A stretch of 64,000 bases of DNA from a virus: the IMG/VR virus record IMGVR_UViG_3300048597_000624, positions 21,225 through 85,224 of that record. One strand, given 5' to 3'. Every line of letters starts with the position of its first letter. Position 1 is the stretch's first letter. The notes beneath the pieces were generated by a model. The model made no database searches. It was not told the DNA's origin and was given only the letters and a program-made list of their open reading frames with translations. Shown here piece by piece: positions 8,747-19,112 of the stretch. A program made the position numbers and the translations under genes.

Positions 8747-9960
8747 TAGAGAGCCGCCAATCTTTCTTTGAGCAGTGCGGGCAGGAAGTAGCGATAGTGC
8801 TTGTCCGCCTCAGCGAACCGATACTTGCGCCGGAAGTATTCGTCGCCGGTGTCGTGGTCGCCGAAGATGAAACGTCGATGGCCGGGACGAATGACATGCT
8901 CCACGTTGTCGGCCAGGCCGTAGTAATTGACCGGGTGGAACTGATGCCAAGCGATCATCGTGGGGGTGTCGGTCGCTCCCGCCACGTGCTCGGGGCCGCT
9001 GTCGATGCCGATCATGTAGGCCGACTGCTGAATCATGGCTGCGATCTTCTCGCCATCACCCGTGCCGGTCCCACCCCAGAATGGATGTTTGACGTCGTTG
9101 ATGGCGATGCCATCTCGCTCCGACAACCGCGAGCGAGGTTTCGTCTCCCACTCCAGCACGAACGGGAGAAACCCAGCCCGCTTGGCGACAAGGCAGAGTT
9201 CTCGCGCGACGCGCTCGCTCATATCCTTGGCGTCTTTGGCAGAGTTGCCTTGGTAGTGGATGAGCACGATGGGGTATCGCTGTCCGGAAGCCACTCGCCG
9301 TCCGCACATTTCCGCCAGGTAATCGCTGGCCGACTCCATCACCTCATCGCTGATGCAAACGGCGTAGCGGCAGAGTTCCTCGATCGGTTCGATTTGGAAG
9401 GCATGACGCAGGTACTGTTCGGCCTTGGTCGATGGAGAGTTGGAATAAGTCTCCCACGGCTCGTGCCACGGAACCCAGCGATAGTCGGTGTAGCCTTCCG
9501 CTGACTTGTCCTCGGAGTAGACATGGCGAGCCAAGCCGCGAAAGAGCGTATGGGCTCCCACCTTGGACGAAACATCAATTGCCCATTCCGGGTGCAAGTG
9601 TCGCAGGTGGAGCAGTACCGTCGTGAACTGGACCGCATCGCCAAAGCCGTGCTCGAAGCGTGCCAGCAGCGTTGGCTGCTTGATCCAGGCTGCTAGGGGC
9701 CTAGGGATGGGTAGGGCCCAATTGAGCCAGGCTTGCCGCCACGGACATTTGCATCCGGGAGACTTCTTGATCCCAACGGCGTCCAGCGCGGCAGACACTA
9801 GATCTCCTGCGCCTTGAAATTCAAGCGGTACGTCGTCCAGAGACACGCTGTCGCAGGTTCGATTGATCTGGTCCGTCGAATACCCATGTGTTCGCGCAAT
9901 GAATCCGCATCGCCGACACGACGCTTCCCGGTCTGAGATTAGATAGAAATCGCAGCGCAT
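8746..9960 (-). CDS. Glycosyltransferase family 9 (heptosyltransferase-like) with Cys-rich N-terminus
   Basis: HGFGDAVQF and IGIDSGPEHVAGA(T)DTP motifs. Confidence 0.82.
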   Translation of the reverse strand: MRCDFYLISDREASCRRCGFIARTHGYSTDQINRTCDSVSLDDVPLEFQGAGDLVSAALDAVGIKKSPGCKCPWRQAWLNWALPIPRPLAAWIKQPTLLARFEHGFGDAVQFTTVLLHLRHLHPEWAIDVSSKVGAHTLFRGLARHVYSEDKSAEGYTDYRWVPWHEPWETYSNSPSTKAEQYLRHAFQIEPIEELCRYAVCISDEVMESASDYLAEMCGRRVASGQRYPIVLIHYQGNSAKDAKDMSERVARELCLVAKRAGFLPFVLEWETKPRSRLSERDGIAINDVKHPFWGGTGTGDGEKIAAMIQQSAYMIGIDSGPEHVAGATDTPTMIAWHQFHPVNYYGLADNVEHVIRPGHRRFIFGDHDTGDEYFRRKYRFAEADKHYRYFLPALLKERLAAL

Positions 9961-9963
9961 GAT

Positions 9964-10635
9964 TTACATCAACGTGAACACTTGAGCGGTCATGACGCCA
10001 TTGAAGTCGCAGAGGTCGGTTCCAAGAGGGTGACGCGCCCAGTTCTCATTGACCGTCTCGGACAAATTCATGCAATCAATCGGCTCGTCATAGGTATTAC
10101 TGACCGCAAAAAAATTATTAGGATGCGGAGCCGGGGAGCCGTGATTGCAACCAACACGGATTGCATAGAGAGTTGGGCTGAACTTTTGGAAGCACAGCGA
10201 GCATGCCGCGTTTGTGCATGTTCCTCCCGAGATCGACGTGCAGCATTGATTGGAAGTTGTTGCCGCGAAGTACCACACGCCGTTGTAGCTAAAGCAGCAG
10301 CTTGCCGGAGGGAACGCCAAGCCGATTCCGCTGATGACAACTTCGTATTCGACGGCCGCAACGCCGTCCTTGCAGGCATCGCACAACACAACGCTGCTGC
10401 CACTCAATCGACGTCGCCGCGTTGAAGTCGACGTGCTCCCAGGCGGCGGAGGCGGCGGCGGAACGTGTGTCGACGTCGAAGTACTCCCGCGATCGCGCGT
10501 GCTCGTGCTGCCCGGATCCATCCCGCAGCAGCGCGGCACCCCCGCCATCTCTAGCAGCGGAAGCGACATGGCGACGAACATCGTCAGCTTCCACACCCAA
10601 GATCGCTTCCACAGCATGCCGCGCGGAATAGACAT
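9964..10635 (-). CDS. Cys-rich putative tail-tip/adhesion protein
   Basis: Many Cys pairs and Ser/Thr/Pro linker; follows tail genes; start uncertain. Confidence 0.55.
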   Translation of the reverse strand: MSIPRGMLWKRSWVWKLTMFVAMSLPLLEMAGVPRCCGMDPGSTSTRDRGSTSTSTHVPPPPPPPGSTSTSTRRRRLSGSSVVLCDACKDGVAAVEYEVVISGIGLAFPPASCCFSYNGVWYFAATTSNQCCTSISGGTCTNAACSLCFQKFSPTLYAIRVGCNHGSPAPHPNNFFAVSNTYDEPIDCMNLSETVNENWARHPLGTDLCDFNGVMTAQVFTLM

Positions 10636-10638
10636 CGA

Positions 10639-12198
10639 TCAGCACTCCCGTTGCCACATTTCCCAACGATTCGCGTCGGCCATGTAGCGCATATAGCCTT
10701 GGTCGGTCCCTTCCGCAGGTCCGATCCCAATCGGATCGTGCAGCAACACTTCAAGCCCGCTGTCGATCAGTTCGCCATCCACGCCGTCCGCATCGGCGAC
10801 CATCATCTTCACTGTCCCGCTGCTGCCTTTGCCGATGCCGCCTTCCTGCGTGCATTCCCAGCGGGCTTCGGGCCAGTATTGAGGTTGCTCGTCGAAGCAA
10901 TGGCAAAGTTCGGTGATCGCGAAGTTGGGCGGCAGGGAGTGGGCTTCAATCAATGCCTGCGGGCCGTCTGGTCCGATCGACCCGAACGAGCAGAGCACGT
11001 AATCGTCAGACCCTCGTGTCCGTAAGCTTGGTCTTACAAAATCACACGCATGGCTGACGTCGTACCAGACATACATTCGAGCGTAGTAATCGTGGGCAAT
11101 CAGTTCGGCCAGGGCGTCTAGTTCCGCTTGATTTACTGGCTCGCTCGGTCCGCCTTCGCTGTCGGTAAAGTCAGCAAGTGCCGTTGTGCGAATAGTAATT
11201 ACTGACCGGTAGACGCCTTCGCTGCCCATGTAATCTCGCGCGTGCTTGGTAATTGCATATTCCTCTCCGCGCGGAGATACGATTCCCTCTCGCCACTTGC
11301 GGAACACAACATCCACACGCTCGGGAACGTGAGCGTGTCCGACTCTAATGTGATACGACAAGTTCGTTTGTCCGCCTGTCACGCACGAACTTCTGTTTGG
11401 GTGTATGTCACTCAGACCAACAACTTCATCGGTCGCAAAGAGTCCAGTGGGCGGCTCGGACAACACGACATGATCGCCCTGGCAAATCACGCGGCGCCCA
11501 ACCGACGCAGCCGCAACATCTAGTAGGACTGCCGGGTTGTCATGCATGCTGCAAAGCGTATATGGATCCGGCTTTCCGTATCCCTCGTCGAGAGATCCGG
11601 GAATATCCAAGGTCAAGCCCAAGTCGTCTTCAATTGCGTGGAAGAACTCTTCCCAAGTCGGTGGCTCGTCGATTGCGGGATTGAATTCCTTGTCCCACGA
11701 AGTGTTTCTGAATTGCCACCAATATCGCTGGTCGACCAGTGGCAGAATGAAGAGGTCTTCGGGAATAACGAAGCCTTGTCGTGAATGCAGGCCCCGGGGC
11801 TCGAGTGCCCACATCTTTAGTTCCGTGGCGTTCGTTCCATTGGAGAGAAAGAGCATTCCAGAAGACTCGGAAGAACCTTGGATCAACGGCCTCGCTTGAT
11901 TGAAAATGGCCTCGTATTGCTCAGCGTTTATCAGAAAACACCCAACTGCCCATCGGCTGGCGCCAGTTGGCCAGTAAATTTGATTGACCTTCAGTTTTGG
12001 AGGCTCGGGCCAGTTAATGAGAGGGATGCCGCGAGGGGTTGGGCCTGATGATTTCTGCCTCCACGTGCCGTAGAAGTTGTGATTGGGCCCAGCCGGGAGA
12101 ATGTGTGAAAGCGGCATGTACTGATCGAAATATTCAACCAGCTCGGCAGTCGGCAGCAGAAGCGGCACGCCAGCGTAAGAAATCACGTCATGGCCCAA
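10639..12198 (-). CDS. Putative tail/baseplate protein
   Basis: 519-aa ORF in tail cluster; function from position only. Confidence 0.55.
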   Translation of the reverse strand: MGHDVISYAGVPLLLPTAELVEYFDQYMPLSHILPAGPNHNFYGTWRQKSSGPTPRGIPLINWPEPPKLKVNQIYWPTGASRWAVGCFLINAEQYEAIFNQARPLIQGSSESSGMLFLSNGTNATELKMWALEPRGLHSRQGFVIPEDLFILPLVDQRYWWQFRNTSWDKEFNPAIDEPPTWEEFFHAIEDDLGLTLDIPGSLDEGYGKPDPYTLCSMHDNPAVLLDVAAASVGRRVICQGDHVVLSEPPTGLFATDEVVGLSDIHPNRSSCVTGGQTNLSYHIRVGHAHVPERVDVVFRKWREGIVSPRGEEYAITKHARDYMGSEGVYRSVITIRTTALADFTDSEGGPSEPVNQAELDALAELIAHDYYARMYVWYDVSHACDFVRPSLRTRGSDDYVLCSFGSIGPDGPQALIEAHSLPPNFAITELCHCFDEQPQYWPEARWECTQEGGIGKGSSGTVKMMVADADGVDGELIDSGLEVLLHDPIGIGPAEGTDQGYMRYMADANRWEMWQREC

Positions 12199-12671
12199 TC
12201 GAACTCGACCCGAATCTTCCAGGCCATCCTGAACGTCGAACCATCACCATCGACGGGTGACGAATACGCCAAGGGCTCGAGCGGGCTGCGAAGAATCTCG
12301 TCGCCGCCGGATTGCAAATCGTGGGCGTTGAGCGCTTTGAGAACCTTCTCAGCCAGTGGCAGCAGCCCATGCGCGGAGTCCGTCAACGCCGATTCGGTGT
12401 GGCCTCGTTCGTCGCGGTTGGATTGGACGTCGATCGCGATCAGCACCGCGCTGTCAAACGTCGTCTGCTCTCGGCCGCCGCCCTCCCAAAGGCCTCGATC
12501 GAGCTGGCCGGAGTCGGGGCAAACTTTGCAGACCGGCACCGGATCGGCCTTCGTGTCCTCGAACCGCGAGATAAAGCAGGTCGAATCGGAGTTGAACTCC
12601 GTCACTTGGGCCTGGATCCGCGCGACGATGGCCGCCAGGATCGTTTGCAGGTTGGTTGAGACGCGGGCCAT
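12183..12671 (-). CDS. Putative tail completion/terminator protein
   Basis: 162 aa, N-terminal 'ILAAIVARIQA' helix then beta strands, as in gpU-like proteins. Confidence 0.5.
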   Translation of the reverse strand: MARVSTNLQTILAAIVARIQAQVTEFNSDSTCFISRFEDTKADPVPVCKVCPDSGQLDRGLWEGGGREQTTFDSAVLIAIDVQSNRDERGHTESALTDSAHGLLPLAEKVLKALNAHDLQSGGDEILRSPLEPLAYSSPVDGDGSTFRMAWKIRVEFDWAMT

Positions 12672-12741
12672 AAGCCTTCTCCCGGATCGCCGTTTTGCTT
12701 ATGGCGAGATACAAGCAAAGCGGCGGAATGCTTGTGTACGA

Positions 12742-13209
12742 TCAGAGGCCAGCGAGGTCGTCGGCCGCTGGGGCTCCCTGCGCAACGGTGGGAGGTTCCT
12801 GCGCAGGGACTTCTTGCGCAGGGAGTCCGAAACTCTCGAACAGTTCCACCAGCGAAAGCACGGAGTCGATCAAATCCCCCAGGTCGATCGAGGGACTTGC
12901 CGGCATGGCCGGTTCGACCACGCCGTTGACCAGATCGCCCACAGTCGGGCTTTCCCAGAATGGCCGAACTTCCTGGGCTTCATGCTGATGCAGAACCACC
13001 GACGGCCGCCCGCGAAGCGCCGACGCAACCGACTCTGCGTACTTTCCAACCAGGTCGAGCGCGGCATAGGCATCGGGTGTCTCGCCGAGACGATGGAAAG
13101 TGAACTCCTCTAATCGTTCCACGTTGTTGTAAAGTTCGTTTATGCACGCGGAATGACCGCGACCGGCAATTGCTGCGCACGTTGCAATTCGTTGATTGAG
13201 GTATTTCAC
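12742..13209 (-). CDS. Hypothetical protein
   Basis: 155-aa ORF with GGAG SD, in operon. Confidence 0.55.
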   Translation of the reverse strand: MKYLNQRIATCAAIAGRGHSACINELYNNVERLEEFTFHRLGETPDAYAALDLVGKYAESVASALRGRPSVVLHQHEAQEVRPFWESPTVGDLVNGVVEPAMPASPSIDLGDLIDSVLSLVELFESFGLPAQEVPAQEPPTVAQGAPAADDLAGL

Positions 13210-13221
13210 GGCACGTCTCCC

Positions 13222-14835
13222 TTACGAAATCAAACTGTCCGGAATCGTGATCCCGACGCCACTCGTAGTGGGCAGCAGCAGTCCCTTGGCTTTCAAATCG
13301 AAGTTTCTGTCCATCCATTCGTGGAACTCGCCCGCGCGGTCGTTCGTGACGGCCAGGCCATACCGGTCGCCAATCGCCCAAGCGATGTTGCCTTCGAACG
13401 CCGCGACACTCGGGCCGCCGCTGTAAATCTGCGTCATGGCCACCAGCGAGAAATCGTCCGCGAATACGCTGCTGGTATTGCTCACCGCGGTTGAGATTCG
13501 GTAGCGCAGATAAACCTGCGGAGGCAGCACGCGCGGGGTGCGGAACGCCACGTTCTTTGCGGCATAGCTGGTCGTCAGCCCGGTCGCGGAAATCGTCAGC
13601 GTGTTGGCCGTCCCCTCGTCGTCGTTGATGACGGCGCCGCCATCCCAGAGCGAGACTTGCAGCACGCCAGCCGCCGGGACCGAATCGACCTTGAATTGTC
13701 CGTTGAACGCATACTGCGTTTGCGGTGAGAGCGACAACGGTACAAGGATCTCGGTCAGTTCCGATCCGTTGGAATCGAACTCCAACGCCTTTCCGTCGCC
13801 ATAAACGTGCGTCGAACCGGCAGTCGTGGTGTTGTGAGCTATCGACGGGCTGCCGCCGGTCAAGTAGCTCGTGCTGGTCAACTGAGTGACGTTGCCGCCC
13901 ACGCCGTTGAACGTGATCGTGTGCGTGTAGTTCGGCGATGTGCCGGTTGCCGCCACGGTTACGAGCTCGAGTCCCTTCAGAGCCCGCAACCGCGACTGGA
14001 CGGTCGAAGCAGGAGCGTTGTACGCGATGAGAGCGGTCGTCTGGACCTGGCTCGCGGCGTTGGTGTAGCTCAGCGTGTAATAGCCGTCGGTTGGGGTGCC
14101 GCTGATCGCGACCGTTTGCACTTCCACGTCCGTAAGCTTGATCGTGGTGCCGATCGTCCCGAGTACCTTGATCCAGTCGTCGGGGAAGTTGGCTTGGTCG
14201 TCTTCGTCCTCGAACCCGCCGTTCGTGATGAGTCCCCCGCCGGTTGTGACTGTGACCGTTGCTGACTTGCCCGATCCCGCCGGCCAGGATTCGGACAGCA
14301 AGTTGCGAGCCGCCACGGGGGCCTTGAGCCGGAACGACGTCGCGGCGGTCGCTTCGATTTGGATCGTCTCCGCCAGCATCAGTTCGTTGACCAGTCCATC
14401 CGCGCGCTTGGTGCTGACGACGAACGTGCCGTTGCCTGCGGGGGAGCCCACGGCCGAGACGGAGGCACCGACGGCGTTCTCTTCGACGGCCTCGGTATCG
14501 GCGATCATCTGCCGAATAATCTCGCGCAGAACGGACGCGATGTCGTAAGCCGGCAACGCGACGTCATCCTTGACCATCTGGATGCAGGTGTTTTCGATCG
14601 CGGTTTTCAGCGCGGACTGGAGCGTGTCGGTGTTCGTTTTGAAGTTGTTCAGCGCTGGGGGCAGGCCCGCGACGGCCGCTTCAAGCTCGGGGCTGACCGC
14701 GGCGAACTCGTCGAGGGCGTCCTCAACCTCGGCCGGAACGGTCGTCCCCCGGGCGGTGTTCAGGACTTCCTGGGCGTAGAAAAGTTTGCCCAATCGGACG
14801 GGAAGGCTGCCGCTGCCGGACCAAGAGAGAGCCAT
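13222..14835 (-). CDS. Virion structural protein with carbohydrate-binding-like beta domain
   Basis: Probable start MALSWSG at 14835; ITNGGFE...W and EVQTVAISGTPTDGYYTLSY...IAYNA motifs of tail proteins. Confidence 0.65.
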   Translation of the reverse strand: MALSWSGSGSLPVRLGKLFYAQEVLNTARGTTVPAEVEDALDEFAAVSPELEAAVAGLPPALNNFKTNTDTLQSALKTAIENTCIQMVKDDVALPAYDIASVLREIIRQMIADTEAVEENAVGASVSAVGSPAGNGTFVVSTKRADGLVNELMLAETIQIEATAATSFRLKAPVAARNLLSESWPAGSGKSATVTVTTGGGLITNGGFEDEDDQANFPDDWIKVLGTIGTTIKLTDVEVQTVAISGTPTDGYYTLSYTNAASQVQTTALIAYNAPASTVQSRLRALKGLELVTVAATGTSPNYTHTITFNGVGGNVTQLTSTSYLTGGSPSIAHNTTTAGSTHVYGDGKALEFDSNGSELTEILVPLSLSPQTQYAFNGQFKVDSVPAAGVLQVSLWDGGAVINDDEGTANTLTISATGLTTSYAAKNVAFRTPRVLPPQVYLRYRISTAVSNTSSVFADDFSLVAMTQIYSGGPSVAAFEGNIAWAIGDRYGLAVTNDRAGEFHEWMDRNFDLKAKGLLLPTTSGVGITIPDSLIS

Positions 14836-14861
14836 AGGGAAAGCCTGTTTCGCCGTGTGCC

Positions 14862-14925
14862 AACGAAAAAAGCCCGCCAGCAAGCCGATATTGGCTCGAA
14901 GGCGGGCCCGGTTGTTCCGACACCC
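14862..14925 (-). promoter_or_regulatory. Repeated attenuator element, copy A
   Basis: GGGTGTCGGAACAACCGGGCCCGC...GCGGGCTTTTTTCGTT; near-identical to copies at 22533, 24020, 40076. Confidence 0.8.
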
Positions 14926-14944
14926 ATGTTGAGTTGTGCGGGGT

Positions 14945-14974
14945 ATTCTAGCGATCCCTGGCGGCCAGTGCCAA
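14945..14974 (-). promoter_or_regulatory. sigma70-like promoter
   Basis: TTGGCA-18 bp-TAGAAT immediately upstream of attenuator copy A. Confidence 0.55.
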
Positions 14975-15043
14975 GGTTCTTGCTGACTTTCGGATTTGCC
15001 CAAATTAAATTAAACGCTGGATTCAGGCCCGGGAGCCCATGAA

Positions 15044-16213
15044 ATGTCCAACGAGTCCCCCACTGTCGACGCCGACCTTCGTTTCTCGTTCCGCTGCCCG
15101 TCGTGCGGCGCCAAGTGCAAGAGCAAGGTCAAGCACGTCGGCAAACGCGTGGATTGCCCGAAGTGCGGGGCATCGATCGCGGTGCCGAGTTACTCCGGAA
15201 GGGGAGAGCAGTTCGAAGATTTGGAAATGACGGATTTGCTCAAGCGGGAGCCCGGAAGGATCCAGCCGGACGCCCCGACGATCAAGGATTGGCAAGCCAC
15301 TCCGTCGCAGTCCGGATCCGGACGGAGTGTGGAAGAAAGCCTGTTTGACGATCTGCCCAGCGCGGAGGAATCGCGAGTTCGGTTCGATGCGATCAGTCGC
15401 GATGACGACTCGGATGACGATCAGCCGAGTATTGATCTGACGATGAGGGCGAAGCCGGAGCGGCGAGATGGCCCGGCAGTTCCAACGTGGGCTCCCGGCA
15501 CAGTTGCAATCATTGCCTGGATGTTCCTAACGACCGCGCACGCCGCATGGATTTCATGGAGCAATACTGAACTGCCAGCCCAGGTGTACACTGCCTTTAC
15601 AAGTTCCATTGGCGCATCGAATCTGTACTGGGCGGTATTTCTCTCAATTCGCGCTTGGAGAGTTGCGAAGTTTTATTCAACAATTTCTGGAGGCGCGCTG
15701 CCCGCGTTTCCGCAATTCATTCGCTACCTGATGGCTATCTCCACGTCATGGTTTGGGATCGGAGCGGTAAGCTTCCTCCTTACGGTCCCTTACGCCATTT
15801 TTTCCAATGAGAACCTTGGGATTGTGCTGGCTGCGATTGGAATGTATTGGGCTCTTTCTCTCGTGATGTGGCTTGCGACGATTACGGTGCTTGGTGTTGT
15901 GTATTTCATCACTAAACCGCCAGTAGTCTATGCAATGCCTGCTCCCAGTCTCGATCAAGAACGAACGACGGCAAAGTCCATTAGCCTTAGTGAAATTGCT
16001 GTTTTGTTTGGGCTCTTGGCGATATGCGCCGTCTGCGGAGCGGCAATTGGAGTTTCTGCACGCGCAATCTATCCGCTGTCGCCGGCCAACGTGGGGATTC
16101 AAGGTCGCTTTGACAGGCTACCTATCAGAGCGAACGGAGCCCAAGCCCAACAGAACCAGCAAATGTGGAAAGACATGATTCGCGGTCTGGCAAACCAGAA
16201 CCAGCAGAACTAG
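15044..16213 (+). CDS. Zinc-ribbon plus multi-TM membrane protein (moron)
   Basis: CPSC..CPKC N-terminus, acidic linker, about 5 TM helices; only large plus-strand gene, lower GC in 3' half. Confidence 0.8.
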   Translation: MSNESPTVDADLRFSFRCPSCGAKCKSKVKHVGKRVDCPKCGASIAVPSYSGRGEQFEDLEMTDLLKREPGRIQPDAPTIKDWQATPSQSGSGRSVEESLFDDLPSAEESRVRFDAISRDDDSDDDQPSIDLTMRAKPERRDGPAVPTWAPGTVAIIAWMFLTTAHAAWISWSNTELPAQVYTAFTSSIGASNLYWAVFLSIRAWRVAKFYSTISGGALPAFPQFIRYLMAISTSWFGIGAVSFLLTVPYAIFSNENLGIVLAAIGMYWALSLVMWLATITVLGVVYFITKPPVVYAMPAPSLDQERTTAKSISLSEIAVLFGLLAICAVCGAAIGVSARAIYPLSPANVGIQGRFDRLPIRANGAQAQQNQQMWKDMIRGLANQNQQN

Positions 16214-17901
16214 AGGATCCCGTCAATGAACGCCGATCCTGGAATCGTGTTGTCGTCAGCATTGGTGCTGTCGTAAGCCCGCGACCCCATGCGCAGTCTT
16301 TCGAGTCGCGACAATGATTTTGTCAGCGCGAATTTGTATTCAGCTTCAATGCGGTAAAGCAACTTTTTCACGTCGGCTGTGAGTTGCGGCGCGTGCGGGA
16401 TGATGCTTACGTCCATCAGAACCGCCACGCCGGGCGCTTCGTTGTAATTCGCGAATGACGGTAGCTGCGGTGGTTCTCCTACCCGCTCCGCCTTGATCTT
16501 CACATGCCGATACGTAAGCCCGCCGCCTGGCTTTGTTAGCTGAACAACGAAGACATCATCGTCGCTGTCGCCGCCTCCAGCGATCGGCAGGGCGATGCGG
16601 TACGGATTGTGCTCGTATCGCCCAGACACTTCGTACACAGTGTAAATGGCTTGCTTGTGCTCTTCGCTGTATGGACCCGCCTGCTTGGGTAAATCGCCGT
16701 AGGTGACTTGCGGCTCTGGCGCGTTTGATTCTTCGGGAACGTTCTCTGACTGTTCGGTGGCTTCGGTCTTGAAGATCGAATGCTCGTCATTGCAAGGCGA
16801 TTGCCAATACGAAACGAATAGTCCGATTGGAGATGCTTCTCCAGTAACGGGAGGGACTGGCGACCGAAAGCGGTTGTACTCGTCTATCGAGACAGGCTTG
16901 CCCATCATGCTCAATGGGTCGTTGATGTTGAAGGCAACTCCTTCTCCGGACTGATTGTGGAGAATTCGGACAACCATTCCGACTCGATTTTCATGCAGAT
17001 AGTCAACGATTGAGGCGTTGAGAATGAAATACTGATTGTTTCCCATTGCCGCTAGCGCCAGTTTGTTTTCGATAACTTGAGCGCATGAGACAAGCAGCGC
17101 AGTCTTGCTTGCCGATGGTGGGCCTGTTAGCTCAATTTCAACTTCTCCGTGAGTGACAATTCCATCAGGCGAACTTGTGGTATGCCTTGCCGTCCACGAC
17201 GTGGCACCACCCGGCGCGGCATACGGTATCTGGCGGTCAACGATCGTGTAGTCGATCGTAAGTCCAGCGGTGTCCACGTTGAAGTTCATTGAATGCCGCT
17301 TAAAGCCTGGCTGTAATGGAGGAACGACCAGGTTGCGGAATGCGTGAGGTTCCATGTTGACCGTACTGACTTGAAGTCTCCCCGCGATTGTCCGCGTGCA
17401 GTACCAGTCTCCATCGTAGTCGTCGATGCTCGACCATCGGTTCGATAGAACTCCGCTAATGTTCGTCGCGTCTTCGCAGATCAGGCGACAAACCTCAATC
17501 GTAAATTCAATGCGGAGAATTCTTGCGCCGGCAGCGTGGGTGATCTTCACTCCAGACGGCTTGGGGCCGCTATTCAAATCCCACTTACTGCGCTCTTCCG
17601 AATCTGACGGAAGCGCCCGAAGGATTACCTCCTCGCCAATTTTGTACTCAAACTCCCGGCGCGGTTCATTCAAGCGATCTTGAATCGCCCGAAAGTTATT
17701 CGCCATGTTTGTGTTTCCAGGAGAAGCCCCCAGGTAGGGAGAAAGAAACTCCGGGTGAACCAAACCGGACACGGTAATACGGAAGCGATGATAGAGAAGA
17801 TCCGTTCCGGAAGGGTCGTATATTGGTTCCTGGGAGAACTCCTTGGTCAGGACGTTTGTTAGGCCAATTCCGTTGTAGGTGACCTTCGTGTCGTCAGACA
17901 T
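16210..17901 (-). CDS. Putative tail protein (distal tail/hub position)
   Basis: 563-aa beta-rich ORF directly after the tape-measure candidate. Confidence 0.6.
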   Translation of the reverse strand: MSDDTKVTYNGIGLTNVLTKEFSQEPIYDPSGTDLLYHRFRITVSGLVHPEFLSPYLGASPGNTNMANNFRAIQDRLNEPRREFEYKIGEEVILRALPSDSEERSKWDLNSGPKPSGVKITHAAGARILRIEFTIEVCRLICEDATNISGVLSNRWSSIDDYDGDWYCTRTIAGRLQVSTVNMEPHAFRNLVVPPLQPGFKRHSMNFNVDTAGLTIDYTIVDRQIPYAAPGGATSWTARHTTSSPDGIVTHGEVEIELTGPPSASKTALLVSCAQVIENKLALAAMGNNQYFILNASIVDYLHENRVGMVVRILHNQSGEGVAFNINDPLSMMGKPVSIDEYNRFRSPVPPVTGEASPIGLFVSYWQSPCNDEHSIFKTEATEQSENVPEESNAPEPQVTYGDLPKQAGPYSEEHKQAIYTVYEVSGRYEHNPYRIALPIAGGGDSDDDVFVVQLTKPGGGLTYRHVKIKAERVGEPPQLPSFANYNEAPGVAVLMDVSIIPHAPQLTADVKKLLYRIEAEYKFALTKSLSRLERLRMGSRAYDSTNADDNTIPGSAFIDGIL

Positions 17902-17915
17902 CTCTCACTCTCTTC

Positions 17916-19112
17916 CTAGTCCCGTTCGTCTTGTCGTTCGCGCTGGTTCCGACCTTTCTGGCCATTCGGAGCTTGCCCCCACCGGACGGTATTAAACTTT
18001 CCATTCGCCATGTCGCGCAACGCTTGATTCCACACGCCGGTAGTCTTTGCATTTCCGTTCGCAATTCCTCGGTCAATATTTTGAAGCAATTGCACAATCG
18101 GATTAAGTCCAAGCTCTGCAGTCTTGGTCTGCAACCATGCCCAAATTGCAACCAGCTTTGCGGCGATAGTGGCGAGAACGTTTAAAGTGTTTGCCAGTTG
18201 CTGCTGGAGAGGGTGCAGTTGAGTTCTCATGTCGTTGATGGCATCGGCCAACATCTTAGTTGATCGTTCAGTTCCGGATGCCATCTGGTATTGACGCTGC
18301 ATGTCCGATCGTTCGAGTTCTGCGAAAGCTCTCGCGATTCCCCCGCTGTATCGCTTCAGGCCCTCCTGCGATCTGAGTTGCGTATCAGCAAATTGCTTGC
18401 TCGCCACACCAGCAGCAAGCAACGAGCCGGCCGCCGCGCTCCCGGCCGTAGCGAGAGTGGCCATCGCCATCGCTGACTTTTCAATCCGCTCGTCTTGCTC
18501 CTTCCTCGCCCGCTCCGCATCCGCCGAATCCGCCTCATCGGCCATCCCGCCGCCGATGATGTCCCCATACTGCTCCTTGTAGCCCGCGCGACGCTCCGCC
18601 CTCTGAACATCCGTCAGCGGACTCGCGGGGGCACCGTCCGCAGCGGTCGCCACGCCTTGGGACCGCTGCCGTAGCGATTGCTGGACAAGGTTGGCCAACC
18701 GCTGGAACGTGCTGCGATCGTTCTTGGCCGGCGCGTTCGGCTCGGATGGAGCCTGCGATCGAGGCTGCTGTGACGGCTGGGCGAACGACCGAAATCCAGT
18801 CTCGCGCCCCTCCGCAGGACGAATCCCGTACTCCCCGCTCGCCGACGGCGTGTACTTCCCCGTCTCGACTGGACGGATGCCGTATTCACTCCCCGACCCC
18901 GGCGACAGGTACTGATTGACTTTGCGTCCCGCGCGAGCCGCCAAGTCTCCCAAGCCTTCGTTGCGAACTACCTGGGCGGTCTGAGCGACAACCGGGCGAG
19001 CGGCTGCCGCGGCTCGAGTGAGCAAGCCGGAACCGGCCCGGGCGGCAATGGGGGCGATCTTCGGAATAAGTCCGGTCGCCATCGAAGCCAGCAGTGCCAA
19101 TGGGGCGCCCAT
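17916..19112 (-). CDS. Short tape-measure-like protein
   Basis: Ala-rich helical 398 aa directly after the frameshifting chaperone. Confidence 0.55.
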   Translation of the reverse strand: MGAPLALLASMATGLIPKIAPIAARAGSGLLTRAAAAARPVVAQTAQVVRNEGLGDLAARAGRKVNQYLSPGSGSEYGIRPVETGKYTPSASGEYGIRPAEGRETGFRSFAQPSQQPRSQAPSEPNAPAKNDRSTFQRLANLVQQSLRQRSQGVATAADGAPASPLTDVQRAERRAGYKEQYGDIIGGGMADEADSADAERARKEQDERIEKSAMAMATLATAGSAAAGSLLAAGVASKQFADTQLRSQEGLKRYSGGIARAFAELERSDMQRQYQMASGTERSTKMLADAINDMRTQLHPLQQQLANTLNVLATIAAKLVAIWAWLQTKTAELGLNPIVQLLQNIDRGIANGNAKTTGVWNQALRDMANGKFNTVRWGQAPNGQKGRNQRERQDERD

